Source: Myxococcota bacterium
GTDB taxonomy: Bacteria > Myxococcota_C > UBA6777
Direction of reading: 5' to 3'
Assembly: GCA_023150835.1 (NCBI GenBank)
Contig: JAKLKB010000079.1
Coordinates: forward strand, 1 to 40,000
DNA length: 40,000 nt
A program made the translations under genes and the position numbers. Of the stretch, positions 9,285 through 19,121 are shown piece by piece; position 1 is the first letter of the stretch, and the number at the start of each line of letters is the position of its first letter. The notes under the pieces are model-generated. The model did not search any database. It saw only the letters and a program-made list of their open reading frames with translations, and was not told the DNA's origin.

Positions 9285-9647
9285 AAAAGCCCCGTGTTCG
9301 CGTAATTTCAAGCGGGGCCGCTGTTTGTTTGAAAAATGTCTGCTCGCTCCGCTTACACGGGGTCAAGGGAGCCGCGCTAAGGGGGCGGGGTGTGGGGTGG
9401 AACCCCATACGCGCTAGGTTAGCGCTTGTTGGCCCCCCCACCCCAGCCCTCCCCCGTGAACAGGGGAGGGAGCGAAAGTCGGAGGCAGCGAGGTTTTGGT
9501 GTTCCATGACACACGCTGTATGCACGACGCGCAGACGCTGCCCACGGGGGGATTGAGGGGGGGCGACAAAAGAAACGGCGATCAGGCTAGACTATCCGGT
9601 GTTTCCACCTTAACCTAGCGCGTATGGGGTGGAACCCCACAAAAACC
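9285..9647. repeat. Composite repeat: family A (9285-9407) plus module B (9446-9610) bracketed by 20-bp inverted repeats
   Basis: ACCCCATACGCGCTAGGTTA (9402-9421) is inverted at 9611-9630. The interior matches bases 1-190 with a deletion. Confidence 0.85.
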
Positions 9648-9755
9648 ATCAATAAGCGACCAAAGGACTATCCAAAAAGCGGTTATAAAGGACCATCCAA
9701 CAAACGGCTGGCTGCGTTGTATGCGTGGGGGAGGGCGGTGTGGACAACAAATCAG

Positions 9756-9784
9756 TTGACAGGTGGAGGAAAGTTCCTTATATC
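9756..9784 (+). promoter_or_regulatory. Candidate sigma70 promoter for the rpmH operon
   Basis: TTGACA-N17-TATATC, with an imperfect -10. One DnaA-box-like TGTGGACAA lies at 9739-9747. Confidence 0.3.
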
Positions 9785-9985
9785 TGTTTCCCCATTTGAA
9801 GCGGACGAAGACCCGCACTTGCAAGGTGATGATCTTGCAGCGTTCTCTGGAGTCTTCCCATCAGATCGGCGATCTTGACGGTACGCTTCGTTTGTCCAAC
9901 CCAAGTCTGATTTCAATCTATCTCCGCTTTGCCCGATTATCGCAGAGTATGAGAGATCGACCATACCACGAGAAAGAGGAATGTC

Positions 9986-10135
9986 ATGAAACGTACCTTT
10001 CAACCTAGCAAACTGAAACGCGCTCGCACCCATGGTTTTCGTGAGCGTATGAGCACCCGCAACGGTCGCGAAGTGTTGCGCCGTCGCCGTGAAAAGGGCC
10101 GCAAGCGCCTGACCGTTGAAGTCTACAAGAAATAG
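9986..10135 (+). CDS. rpmH: 50S ribosomal protein L34 (absent from the ORF track)
   Basis: Manual translation: [57 protein letters not shown] and canonical position before rnpA. Confidence 0.98.
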   Translation: MKRTFQPSKLKRARTHGFRERMSTRNGREVLRRRREKGRKRLTVEVYKK

Positions 10136-10260
10136 TTTTTGCCTCGTACGATCCTCCTACAGCCAACGACCCGACACCTCCTCGAATGGGGCGCTGTATC
10201 TTCTCTTGATGCGGTCGTTTCTCTCGAAGAGAAGGGCGCACCAATCCTAAAGGTCGTTTC

Positions 10261-10665
10261 GTGACCTCTGCCTCTTCACCTCCCGCCTTGCCTGCTGCCA
10301 CGTTTGGTTTCCCCAAAACACGCCGATTGTTGAAAAGAGCGGAGTTTTTGCGTGTCCAGCAGGGCGGTCAACGCATCGAGGCAGGCCCCATGTTGGTGTT
10401 CTATCTGCCAAGCGAGCAGCCCCTTCGGATCGGCATCACCACCAGTCGAAAGGTCGGAAATGCGGTCTTTCGCAATCGTATGCGGCGTCTGGTTCGAGAA
10501 GCCGCTCGGCGGATCTTGATCCCCCAAGCCGGGGCGTTGTGCTTCGATATCGTTGTGGTCGTCAAAAAAGATCTGCCTGACACCCTCGAACAGCAGGCGT
10601 TTGATCGAGCGATGGTCTCTCTGCACAAGCGGCTGCAAAAAGCTACTGCACGCAATCGGCCTTGA
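10261..10665 (+). CDS. rnpA: Ribonuclease P protein component
   Basis: [13 protein letters not shown] and [21 protein letters not shown] (RNR motif), plus synteny. Confidence 0.95.
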   Translation: MTSASSPPALPAATFGFPKTRRLLKRAEFLRVQQGGQRIEAGPMLVFYLPSEQPLRIGITTSRKVGNAVFRNRMRRLVREAARRILIPQAGALCFDIVVVVKKDLPDTLEQQAFDRAMVSLHKRLQKATARNRP

Positions 10666-10724
10666 TCTTTGGAGCGGTTCTGTGTATGCAAGGCGCGCTC
10701 AAGGGCCGCACAAAGGAGGCGTCG

Positions 10725-11159
10725 ATGAAGCATCCACAAGATCGGTCGCCCGCGACTCCTCGATCCTCCTCCTTTGCAAACGGCGAAGCATCCGCACAGA
10801 TCGCGGAACCCGCAACTTTTTCGGATATCGCACGGGCGAGGGATGCAGCACAGACGAGGGTTGCAGCACAGGCGACGGGCGCGCCATCCCTCCCACACCA
10901 AACAGAGGCTCCGTTTGAGAAAGACACAGCGAGCGTGGGTGTTGGTCCGATCGAGCGGGTGATGCTTGGAGCGATCCGTTTTTATCAGACGCGGATCTCG
11001 CCTCGAACACCGCCGGCTTGCCGTTTTCAACCGACGTGTTCAGAGTATGCGCGCCTTGCGATCTTGCGTTATGGTGGGTTCAAAGGTGTCTGGCTCGGTG
11101 CTTGTCGGATCGCACGCTGTCATCCCCTTCATCCCGGGGGAATTGACCCTGTTCCTTAG
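10725..11159 (+). CDS. yidD: Membrane protein insertion efficiency factor YidD with N-terminal extension
   Basis: YQTRISP...[11 protein letters not shown]...RIARCHP...GGIDPVP. AAGGAGG RBS precedes ATG 10725. Confidence 0.93.
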   Translation: MKHPQDRSPATPRSSSFANGEASAQIAEPATFSDIARARDAAQTRVAAQATGAPSLPHQTEAPFEKDTASVGVGPIERVMLGAIRFYQTRISPRTPPACRFQPTCSEYARLAILRYGGFKGVWLGACRIARCHPLHPGGIDPVP

Positions 11160-11257
11160 ATTTCGTTGGATCGTCGTCTCTTTATGATTTCTTGCTTTTT
11201 TCGTTTTCCTTACCGCTTTGGCGGGAGGTTTGGCGCAAACATCGAAGGGTTCTGTTT

Positions 11258-13144
11258 ATGGATGGAATGGACAATACCAAACGCCTGATCGCTTTTTTGG
11301 TGCTCAGCATCGGCCTGCTGTTCATGTGGTCGAATCTTTTTCCGCCGCCTCCGCCTGTGCAACCAAAACGGGCCAAGAAACACAAAGCGACTTCGCGCCC
11401 GACCTCTCTTGCGGCCTCGCAGCCGTCTTCTTGGCTGGCGGCCTCATCGCGCCCGACCTCTCTTGCGGCTTCTAAAGCAGCACCCCGCCCTCGGGTGCTC
11501 CCCGCTCTTCCACGCAAAGAAGCCTCTTACAAACACGATCTGTTTACGGTTCGCGTCTCGAATTATGGCGGTGGGATCGTAGGGATGAAGATCCACGCTT
11601 TTCGCGATCCTGACAACAAAAAGCAGCGCGTACCGTTGGAGATCCTGCCCAAAGAGCTCGCCAAGATGCCTCCCTTTAGCGAGCGTTTCTTGGATGCGAC
11701 CTTGCGCAATCGCCTGCCCGCAGATGCTCTCACTCCCGAAGGTTTGGTGGTGTATGAGACTGTACGCGCCGAAAAAGACGGAGTGGTCTTGCAGCGCCGT
11801 TTCGATCTGCAAGGCGGCGGTGCTTTGGTGCTTGAGAAGCGGCTGCAATTTCAAAAAGAAGCCTATGACTTCCGCGTGACGTACCGTTTGCAAAACCAGT
11901 CCACACAAGCGATCCAAACAGGGATGAGCTTTGTGCTGACGGATTATGTGGATCCAAGCAAGATGCAATCAGGTGGTTTTTTTAGCGGACCCGCCGATAC
12001 CTTCGAGGCGTTGTGCTTGTCGAGCAAAGAAAAAACACCGACGCGCTCCGATATCAACGCGCTCAAAAAACAACCCCAAATCTTGAAAGGGGATGTGGAC
12101 TTTGTGGCGGTGGATCGGCGTTATTTTATGATGGCGTGGGTTCCTGCGTGGAAAACACCCGGCAGTGGGATGGGATGCTCGCTGCAAGAGACGTTGGGCG
12201 GTTGGATCATGGCGACCACCACTCATCGCGGAGCGCAGCTCGAACCGCAGAAGATCGCAACCCTCGAACTCAAGGGCTTTTTGGGACCGAAGTATTATCA
12301 AAAACTGGCCGCAGTTGGCCATCGTCTCGATCAATCCATCGACTTTGGGATCTTTGCCTTCATCTCCAAGCCGATGTTGTGGTTTATGCAGTTCATCTAC
12401 AACAGCTTCGGGCGCTTCGGAAACTGGGGTATCGCGATCATCTTGTTGACGGTCTTCGTCAAGATCTTGCTGTGGATCCCGACCACACGGCAGATGCAGT
12501 CGATGAAGAAGATGACCAAGCTTGGCCCCGAACTGCAACGCCTCAAAGCCAAGTACGGCGACGACAAAGAAAGCCTACAGCGCGAAACGATGGCCTTGTA
12601 CACACGCGAAGGCATCAACCCCTTGGGGGGATGCTTGCCGATGTTGCTGCAAATGCCGATCTGGATCGCACTTTACAACACGCTGTTTTACGCAGTGGAG
12701 TTGTACCAAGCTCCCTTCATTTCGGGCTGGATCGATGACCTTTCGCTCAAAGATCCCTTCTATATTATGCCCGTCGTCCTCGGCGCTTCGATGTTCTTGC
12801 AGCAAAAGATGTCTCCCACAACGGGCATGGACGAAGTCCAAGCCAAGATGCTCAAGATCTTTATGCCGATCTTTTTCACCGCCATTATGCTGTTCTTGCC
12901 GTCTGGATTGACGCTTTACATCCTGATCAACACGGGCATCAGTATACTCCACCAATGGATCGTGTATAACCAGCCCGATGTTCCTGTCGATCCCAAAAAG
13001 GTCAAACCCAACTGGCTCACTCGTATGAATTCTGCTGTCGAAGAATACCAAAAGCTCGAAGAGCAAAAGAAAACCAGCGGCTCCAACAACCCACAAAAGA
13101 AAACCAGCGGCTCCAACAACAACAAGCCCAAGTCCTCCCGCTAA
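11258..13144 (+). CDS. yidC: Membrane protein insertase YidC
   Basis: N-terminal anchor, periplasmic domain, GNWGIAIILLT, NPLGGCLPMLLQMPIW, WIDDLS..DP, and PSGLTLY. Start at 11258 or 11267. Confidence 0.97.
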   Translation: MDGMDNTKRLIAFLVLSIGLLFMWSNLFPPPPPVQPKRAKKHKATSRPTSLAASQPSSWLAASSRPTSLAASKAAPRPRVLPALPRKEASYKHDLFTVRVSNYGGGIVGMKIHAFRDPDNKKQRVPLEILPKELAKMPPFSERFLDATLRNRLPADALTPEGLVVYETVRAEKDGVVLQRRFDLQGGGALVLEKRLQFQKEAYDFRVTYRLQNQSTQAIQTGMSFVLTDYVDPSKMQSGGFFSGPADTFEALCLSSKEKTPTRSDINALKKQPQILKGDVDFVAVDRRYFMMAWVPAWKTPGSGMGCSLQETLGGWIMATTTHRGAQLEPQKIATLELKGFLGPKYYQKLAAVGHRLDQSIDFGIFAFISKPMLWFMQFIYNSFGRFGNWGIAIILLTVFVKILLWIPTTRQMQSMKKMTKLGPELQRLKAKYGDDKESLQRETMALYTREGINPLGGCLPMLLQMPIWIALYNTLFYAVELYQAPFISGWIDDLSLKDPFYIMPVVLGASMFLQQKMSPTTGMDEVQAKMLKIFMPIFFTAIMLFLPSGLTLYILINTGISILHQWIVYNQPDVPVDPKKVKPNWLTRMNSAVEEYQKLEEQKKTSGSNNPQKKTSGSNNNKPKSSR

Positions 13145-13198
13145 CACGACCCGACGACTACGCGATCACGCCCGTCCGACCAGAGGTAAGGAGATCCC

Positions 13199-15271
13199 AT
13201 GAGTACACGCATCCGTATCTACCAGATCGCAAAGGATCTTGGCGTTGACAGCAAAGACATGTTGGAGTTCTTGCAACACAACGGCTACGAGAAATTCCAA
13301 AGCATCCAAAAAACCCTTGATGCCGAAGAAGTCGAAGCCGTCCGTCAAGCTTGGCTCGCCGCTCATGCCCCCAAACCTGCCTCCAGCAAAACCACCGCTG
13401 CATCGGCAAAAACCACCGCTTCACCCACCAAAACATCCTCAGCATCGGCCAATGCCACCGCAGCGCCAACGAAAGAAACATCATCTTCTGTGAAGACCGC
13501 TCCTGCGGTCGTTGAAGCGCCTGCGGTTGAAACTGTCGCAGAACCTTCTCGCACAAAGAAAACCAAAAAAACCGCTGAACCCGCCGTGAGTACGGCTCCT
13601 GTGGTTGTCGCGCCTGCCCCCGTTGTTGTCGCGCCTGCCCCCGTTGTTGTCGCGCCTGCCCCCGTTGTTGTCGCGCCTGCCCCCGTTGCTGTCGCGCCTG
13701 TCCCCGCTGCTGTGGTCAAGACGGAGACCGTCGCTGTGGCTCATGCTGCGCCCGTTGCTGCGGCTAAGACAGAAGCCCTCACAGAAGAGGCTGCCCCCAA
13801 AACCTCTGCTCGTGGGCGAAAACCCATCAAGAAAAAAGCAGAGGAAGCCGCTGATCCTTCCGTAACGTCAGACACTACCGAAGCCGCCACAACCGCTTCT
13901 CCCGAAAAAGAAGCCCCAACAAGATCTGTGGAGGCCCCCAAAAAGGCCGAAGTGGCTGCAAAAGAAGCGACGGCCCCCAAAAAGGCCGAAGTGGCTGCAA
14001 AAGAAGCGACGGCCCCCAAAAAGGCCGAAGCGGCTGCAAAAGAAGCGACGGCTCCTGTTACAAAAGAAGCGACGGCTTCGGCAGCCAAAACAACGCCATC
14101 GATCTCATCAAGCGAAGAAGACGCCTTTGAAGCTCCTGACAGCGAAGAAGACGAAGAAGACGAACAACAAATCGGCGTTGCTTCGGGTGTACTCGAACAA
14201 GCGATGTTGCGCTACGCTGTGGACTTTGTGTGGCGCTGTTTTACTTCTTCTGGTTTCCCTGTGCGCGTTGCGCTTGGAGATCGTCGAACAAGCGGGCAAG
14301 AACTCTTGTTGTATTCCAACGAGATCATCGCGTCGTTGAACGGTGACGAACACGCCCTTGTCACCGAGCTTTACCAAAATGTGGGTTATCTGCTTGCAAA
14401 AGCCCTGCGTTATCGTTTTCGGTCGGGTAGTGCGATCCGCTTCATCTTTACGCCCCTTCAAGAGATCGATATCTCACCTGCTGCCGAGGTTCAACAAACC
14501 ACCGCCACGAAACCAGTCGCCGCCGCTGCACCAAAGCCCGAAGCAGCGGCAGTTCGCCAAAAGCCCGAAGCAGCGGCAGTTCGCCAAAAGCCCGAAGCAG
14601 CGGTAGTTCGCCAAAAGCCCGAAGCAGCGGTAGTTCGCCAAAATCCCGAAGCAGCGGTAGTTCGCCAAAAGCCCGAAGCAGAAACGCCGATTGTTCCTTC
14701 AAAGCCCGAAAAACTCAAACCTCTTGTTGAAGAAAGACTCATTCCTTCTGCCCAAGCAAAACACGCAAACGCCGATCACATCGAAGAGATCGACGAAGAA
14801 GATGAGATTGAAGAGTTCCATGCGGATGCGGAAGGGTTTGATGTCGACGTCGAGGGGTTTGTTGGGGACGAGAGCGAGGAGGAGATCGAAGGACTCGTCG
14901 AGGATTCGAGCGAAGAGCTTGATGCAGATATCTCCGAGGTTCAGGAAGAGGCGGACGAACGGCCTTCTGCTCAAGACACGCGCCCCCGTCGCGATGCCAT
15001 CGTTGATGGAAAGCCTTTGCACGACGATTCCTCTGAAGATGCTCGGTTTGCGCGGATATCGGCTCTGCTCGCAGAGCGCGCACAACATCTCGGAAAATCC
15101 ATCCTGATCGATATGCTGAATTCACACGAACGACGCCAAATCCACACGCATATCGGAAACTCACACGGCAAGATCCGCACCTTTTCGGATGGCGAAGGCA
15201 TCTTCCGCCGCCTTGTCCTATCGCCCCCCGGGATCACTCCCCGTCAACGCCCAAGTCAAGGGCGTCGTTAA
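13199..15271 (+). CDS. Jag/EloR(KhpB)-like RNA-binding protein with IF2_N-like N-terminus, long low-complexity linkers and C-terminal R3H
   Basis: Lies downstream of yidC. C-terminal LNSHERRQIH...TFSDGEGIFRRLVL is R3H. N-terminal IRIYQIAKDLGVDSKDMLEFL resembles IF2_N. Contains VVVAPAP, KKAEVAAKEATAP and KPEAAVVRQ repeats. Confidence 0.8.
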   Translation: MSTRIRIYQIAKDLGVDSKDMLEFLQHNGYEKFQSIQKTLDAEEVEAVRQAWLAAHAPKPASSKTTAASAKTTASPTKTSSASANATAAPTKETSSSVKTAPAVVEAPAVETVAEPSRTKKTKKTAEPAVSTAPVVVAPAPVVVAPAPVVVAPAPVVVAPAPVAVAPVPAAVVKTETVAVAHAAPVAAAKTEALTEEAAPKTSARGRKPIKKKAEEAADPSVTSDTTEAATTASPEKEAPTRSVEAPKKAEVAAKEATAPKKAEVAAKEATAPKKAEAAAKEATAPVTKEATASAAKTTPSISSSEEDAFEAPDSEEDEEDEQQIGVASGVLEQAMLRYAVDFVWRCFTSSGFPVRVALGDRRTSGQELLLYSNEIIASLNGDEHALVTELYQNVGYLLAKALRYRFRSGSAIRFIFTPLQEIDISPAAEVQQTTATKPVAAAAPKPEAAAVRQKPEAAAVRQKPEAAVVRQKPEAAVVRQNPEAAVVRQKPEAETPIVPSKPEKLKPLVEERLIPSAQAKHANADHIEEIDEEDEIEEFHADAEGFDVDVEGFVGDESEEEIEGLVEDSSEELDADISEVQEEADERPSAQDTRPRRDAIVDGKPLHDDSSEDARFARISALLAERAQHLGKSILIDMLNSHERRQIHTHIGNSHGKIRTFSDGEGIFRRLVLSPPGITPRQRPSQGRR

Positions 15272-15400
15272 CGCGACCTAACTTTCTCTGCTCCTAGCTC
15301 TTCATCACCACCCCGCTTTCTCTCCTCCCTAGCTCTTCGTCTCCACCCCAAAACGCAAAAAAGCGGATGTTCCTTGCTCGAACAACTGCTGATACAAACT

Positions 15401-15660
15401 TCTGTTGTTGTGTGAGCCTATCCGTTCGCTGCGCGATGTCCCGATACACGGGCGGTTCGCGAACCGCCCCTACGCAGACATCTGTTGTTGTGTGAGCATC
15501 TCCGTTCGCTGCGCGATGTCCCGATACACGGGCGGTTCGCGAACCGCCCGCGCCGGAAAAGAAAGAGCGATCCTCCTCGACTCTCCGGTATTTCCGCCAT
15601 AACAAGGCGCGTATGGGGGTTGCCCCTACGTTTTACGCTCACACAATGAGCGGATTCCGA
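15401..15660. repeat. REP cluster: ~80-bp duplication with GGGCGGTTCGCGAACCGCCC palindromes, plus partial copies of other repeat families
   Basis: Units at 15401 and 15481. 15557-15628 resembles 145-215. 15620-15660 resembles a family D end. Lies between convergent genes. Confidence 0.8.
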
Positions 15661-15664
15661 TCTG

Positions 15665-17017
15665 TCAGAAGACCCAACGAAACGAAGCGACAGGATCGAG
15701 TTCGGCGATACGGATGTTGTCGAGCCATCGGGGGATGGGGAGTTCGTTGGCTTCGAGTTCAAAGCGAAACAATTCGACCATCAGCGAGAAGTGAGGGAGG
15801 TCGCGCAAGGCCAGAGGGATCGTGGGTTGTTCGCTAAGACTGGGGAGTTGCCAGTATTCGTGGAGCGAAAGATAAAAAGACTCGCGGCGTTGCGCGCCAA
15901 GCCCAAAGCTTGCGAGAAGGGGATCAATGCTTTGCCAAAAAGCATCACGCCACAAGCGTTGGAGTTTTCGGGGGGTTTCAGCATGGAGAGAGAAGGCGGC
16001 TCTCCACCACAGCGGCAAGAAAAAAGCGCACAACAGCGCATCATCGGGGAAGATGTTGTCGCGGGATATGCGGTCGTCGAGTTGGCGGAGGTGATTCCAA
16101 AAAGCGTCTTGGGTTCCCCAATAGGCCGTTACAGTCGGGCCTAATTGCCATGTCAGATCGGCCCCTTCGTCGTTGTCGTCGCGTTGCAGCCAGCGTTCCA
16201 GTTCGGGAAGCCAGCCCCGCAACAAGCCTGTTTCCCACATCAGACGCAGCGAGGCTGCCGAGGAGCCGCCGCGCAGTTCGCGCAAAAACTCTTCGAGTAC
16301 GCGGGCGGTTGAGCTTGTGTTGAGTAGATGCGCTTGTTTGCGGATCTCGTTGCGGGTGTGGGGTTCGATGGTAAAGTCGTTGCGAGCGGCGTGTCGGACA
16401 GCGCGCATCATACGAACGGGATCTTCTTGAAAGCGCACTCTGGGATCGCCGATGATACGGACGATCCGCGCATCGAGATCGACGAGACCTTGGACGTGAT
16501 CGAGGATGCGTTGGGAGCGCAGGTCGTAGAACAGTCCGTTGATGGTGAGATCGCGGCGCAGAGCGTCTTCTTCGGGGGTACCGAACTCGTTGTCTTCGGC
16601 GCGGGGTCCGTGGGAGCGGTGTCCGGGAGGGGGGAGACTGCGGAAGGTGCTGACTTCGACCACATCGCCATCGCGGAAATAAATGTGCGTGATCAAGAAG
16701 CGGCGGCCGATCGTGCGGCTGTTTGCAAAGAGCCTCTTGATCTCCGAAGGCGTGGCGTCTGTGGAGATATCGAAGTCTTTGGGGGTGCGTCCAAGCAGTA
16801 GATCGCGCACGCTCCCTCCGACAAGATAGGCGGTGTGTCCGAAAGAATTGAGGCGCTCAAGCACCCAAACAGCTTTGGGATCGATCTTTGATGGATCGAG
16901 GGAGTGATCACCGATGTCGAGGATGGTGGTCTTGGGTGCAAGTGGCGAGGGACGGGCGGGGGAGCCTTGCGAAGCGGAGGCTCGGGGGGTTGGGTGTCGT
17001 CGGGAAGATGGCTGCAT
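15665..17017 (-). CDS. pcnB: Poly(A) polymerase I
   Basis: AYLVGGSVRDLLLGRTPKDFDIST, PAP-specific IGRRFLITHI, RRDLTINGL, and EDPVRMMRAVR. Start taken at 17017, downstream of a candidate promoter. Confidence 0.9.
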   Translation of the reverse strand: MQPSSRRHPTPRASASQGSPARPSPLAPKTTILDIGDHSLDPSKIDPKAVWVLERLNSFGHTAYLVGGSVRDLLLGRTPKDFDISTDATPSEIKRLFANSRTIGRRFLITHIYFRDGDVVEVSTFRSLPPPGHRSHGPRAEDNEFGTPEEDALRRDLTINGLFYDLRSQRILDHVQGLVDLDARIVRIIGDPRVRFQEDPVRMMRAVRHAARNDFTIEPHTRNEIRKQAHLLNTSSTARVLEEFLRELRGGSSAASLRLMWETGLLRGWLPELERWLQRDDNDEGADLTWQLGPTVTAYWGTQDAFWNHLRQLDDRISRDNIFPDDALLCAFFLPLWWRAAFSLHAETPRKLQRLWRDAFWQSIDPLLASFGLGAQRRESFYLSLHEYWQLPSLSEQPTIPLALRDLPHFSLMVELFRFELEANELPIPRWLDNIRIAELDPVASFRWVF

Positions 17018-17066
17018 GGATCTTATGCTCGTGATGGGAAGAAAAAATCGGCCTCGTGTGGCGCGC

Positions 17067-17094
17067 AGTATAACACGCTGTACGCGGCACGCAA
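17067..17094 (-). promoter_or_regulatory. Candidate sigma70 extended -10 promoter for pcnB
   Basis: Minus strand reads TTGCGT-N16-TATACT with TGn immediately before the -10. Confidence 0.45.
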
Positions 17095-17174
17095 GCATAC
17101 GTTCGATCCATCTGCCCGTCAACGTTCCCGCCCCGCTGCTTCGGACGCATGGGCCTCTAAAAAAAGCCGTGTGT

Positions 17175-18875
17175 TTAACCTACGTGAAAGATCGCGAGCA
17201 ACCACCGAGCGGTTTGGAACAAGCCGATGCCGAGGACGATCGCGAGCAAGCAAAACAAGACCACACCGAGAACGCGATGGTTGTCGAGGTAGCGGCCATA
17301 TTCGTGAGCGCCGCGTTTGAGGAAAGTCGAAGGACAATAGACACAGATGCGGCCTTCGAGGTTGGCTTGCATCTCTTCGATCATCTCGGGGATGCTTTGG
17401 AATCGATCTTCGGGTTTTTTCTGCATACCCTTGCGAAGGAAGAAGCAGATCTCGCGTGGGGTCGGGCCTTGGTGGGCATTCGAGATCTGCTCGGAGTCGA
17501 TCGGCGGTTCCATCACGATGCCCATCAACAGTTCGGTGAGGTGGGTCTTGTGTTCGAGATAATGGCGGAGGTTGACGAATTCATACAACAAGACGCAAAG
17601 GCTGTAGATATCGCTGCGTTCGTCGATCGCATAGCCCATCGCTTGTTCGGGAGACATGTAGGCGGGGGTACCGATCAGTTGGCCTTGTTGGGTTTGAAAG
17701 ACGCGCTCGCCCCATGCGTCGCCAAGTTCGCTTTTGATCCGATCGATCATCTCTTGGGTGCTTTGGGAGACTTGGGGGGTGGGGAATTGGGGCGAGTGAC
17801 GGATCTTTTTGGCGATACCCCAATCCATGACTTGGACTTCGCCGTACTCGCCGATCATGATATTTTCGGGTTTGATATCGCGATGGATGTAGCCGTGTTT
17901 GTGGGCGAAATGGATCGCGTGCAGGATCTCGATAAAGATCTGGATGCGTCGCTCGAAAGAGTAGCGCTTGTGAAAAGCAGGATCGCCTGCCCGCAGTTTT
18001 TCGATCACACCCGAGAGCGTCTCGCCTTGCACGAACTTCATCGTGAAATAGTAGTTGTTGTTGTCGTCGATCCCGACATCATGGATCGGAACGATGTTGG
18101 GATGTTCGAGTTGTCCGACAGTTTGGACTTCTTCGAGAAAGCGCATGATCTGAGAAGCGTTGCGGCGATCTTCTTTGATCCGTTTCATGGCGACCATGCG
18201 GCGGATATCGTTGTCTTTGACCAAGACGACTTCGCCAGCGCCGCCTTCTCCGAGCTTTTTTAACGTCTGATAGCGTTCTTCTTCGAGGTGGACGAGTTCC
18301 ATCGCGCCCGTTGCTGTCGTGTTGATGCGTGGCAGCGAGGTGGTGTTTCTTGATGCGGCAGGTGTATTCGTGATCTTGAGCGGGTTCGCTGCTTGAGGAC
18401 TGGGTGGAGGCGTCGAGGGCCGAATGGATGGAGAAGGTGCGATAAGGGCGGAAGATGGGGTTTGTATGGAAGGCTGGATCTGTGCGGAAGGTTGGGCCTG
18501 TGTGGGAGAGGGCTGATGGGGTGCAAGGGGCGCTGGAGGTGGCATATTGGGGTAAGGTGAGCGCGTGGGCATCGGTGGATGGGGCGGGATCTTGGGAGAG
18601 AGTGGTGGTGGAGAAGGTTGAGGAAAAGAGGAACCTGTGGGGATCGCGAGAGGCGGTGGTTGGGCGGGTAGCCAAGGGGAGATCAGGCCCATTACGGTTT
18701 GATCGCCCATGCCTTCGGCGATTGCGGTTTGATCGCCGAGGTCTTCACTGTCTTGTTCGTTTTCCCAAGCACTTGGGGGATCGTGCGTGGGACTTGTGGA
18801 TGGGGGAGAAAACGCTGAGGGGGGGGCTTGTCGGAGAAGAGGGCGAGGCGGAGAGAGGTGGGGGTACTCTGCCAT
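17175..18875 (-). CDS. Hanks-type Ser/Thr protein kinase with Pro-rich N-terminus and C-terminal TM
   Basis: LGEGGAGEV, VAMK, HRDIKPEN, DWG and GTPAYMSPE motifs. GGAGG precedes ATG 18875. Confidence 0.93.
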   Translation of the reverse strand: MAEYPHLSPPRPLLRQAPPSAFSPPSTSPTHDPPSAWENEQDSEDLGDQTAIAEGMGDQTVMGLISPWLPAQPPPLAIPTGSSFPQPSPPPLSPKIPPHPPMPTRSPYPNMPPPAPLAPHQPSPTQAQPSAQIQPSIQTPSSALIAPSPSIRPSTPPPSPQAANPLKITNTPAASRNTTSLPRINTTATGAMELVHLEEERYQTLKKLGEGGAGEVVLVKDNDIRRMVAMKRIKEDRRNASQIMRFLEEVQTVGQLEHPNIVPIHDVGIDDNNNYYFTMKFVQGETLSGVIEKLRAGDPAFHKRYSFERRIQIFIEILHAIHFAHKHGYIHRDIKPENIMIGEYGEVQVMDWGIAKKIRHSPQFPTPQVSQSTQEMIDRIKSELGDAWGERVFQTQQGQLIGTPAYMSPEQAMGYAIDERSDIYSLCVLLYEFVNLRHYLEHKTHLTELLMGIVMEPPIDSEQISNAHQGPTPREICFFLRKGMQKKPEDRFQSIPEMIEEMQANLEGRICVYCPSTFLKRGAHEYGRYLDNHRVLGVVLFCLLAIVLGIGLFQTARWLLAIFHVG

Positions 18876-19121
18876 CTGGAACCTCCAAAAAAAGAAAAAA
18901 GGAGAAAGCTGATCCATGCGGTGTGGTCGATGAGGAGGGTTCCATCCCACCTCAAAAAGGATGCAAGCAAACAGGATATCAAAAGTGTGAACAAAAGCGG
19001 TGCGGTAGAAACCTAAAGAGGATAAGGAGGCAGGGACCGTATCGCAAGAGGCCATGCAAAAGCAGCGGCCTCTTCTCATACGAGATACGCAGCGTGTGTG
19101 AGCGAAAAAGGTCGGGGGGAG

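Noticed and set aside
9765..9985. GAGGAAAGTTCC as the start of RNase P RNA (rnpB) near rnpA
   Set aside because: It differs from the GAGGAAAGTCC consensus, no matching 3' P4 strand was seen, and there is too little room before rpmH.
8465..9985. Canonical oriC
   Set aside because: There is no dnaA and no cluster of TTATCCACA-like boxes, only one near-match noticed.
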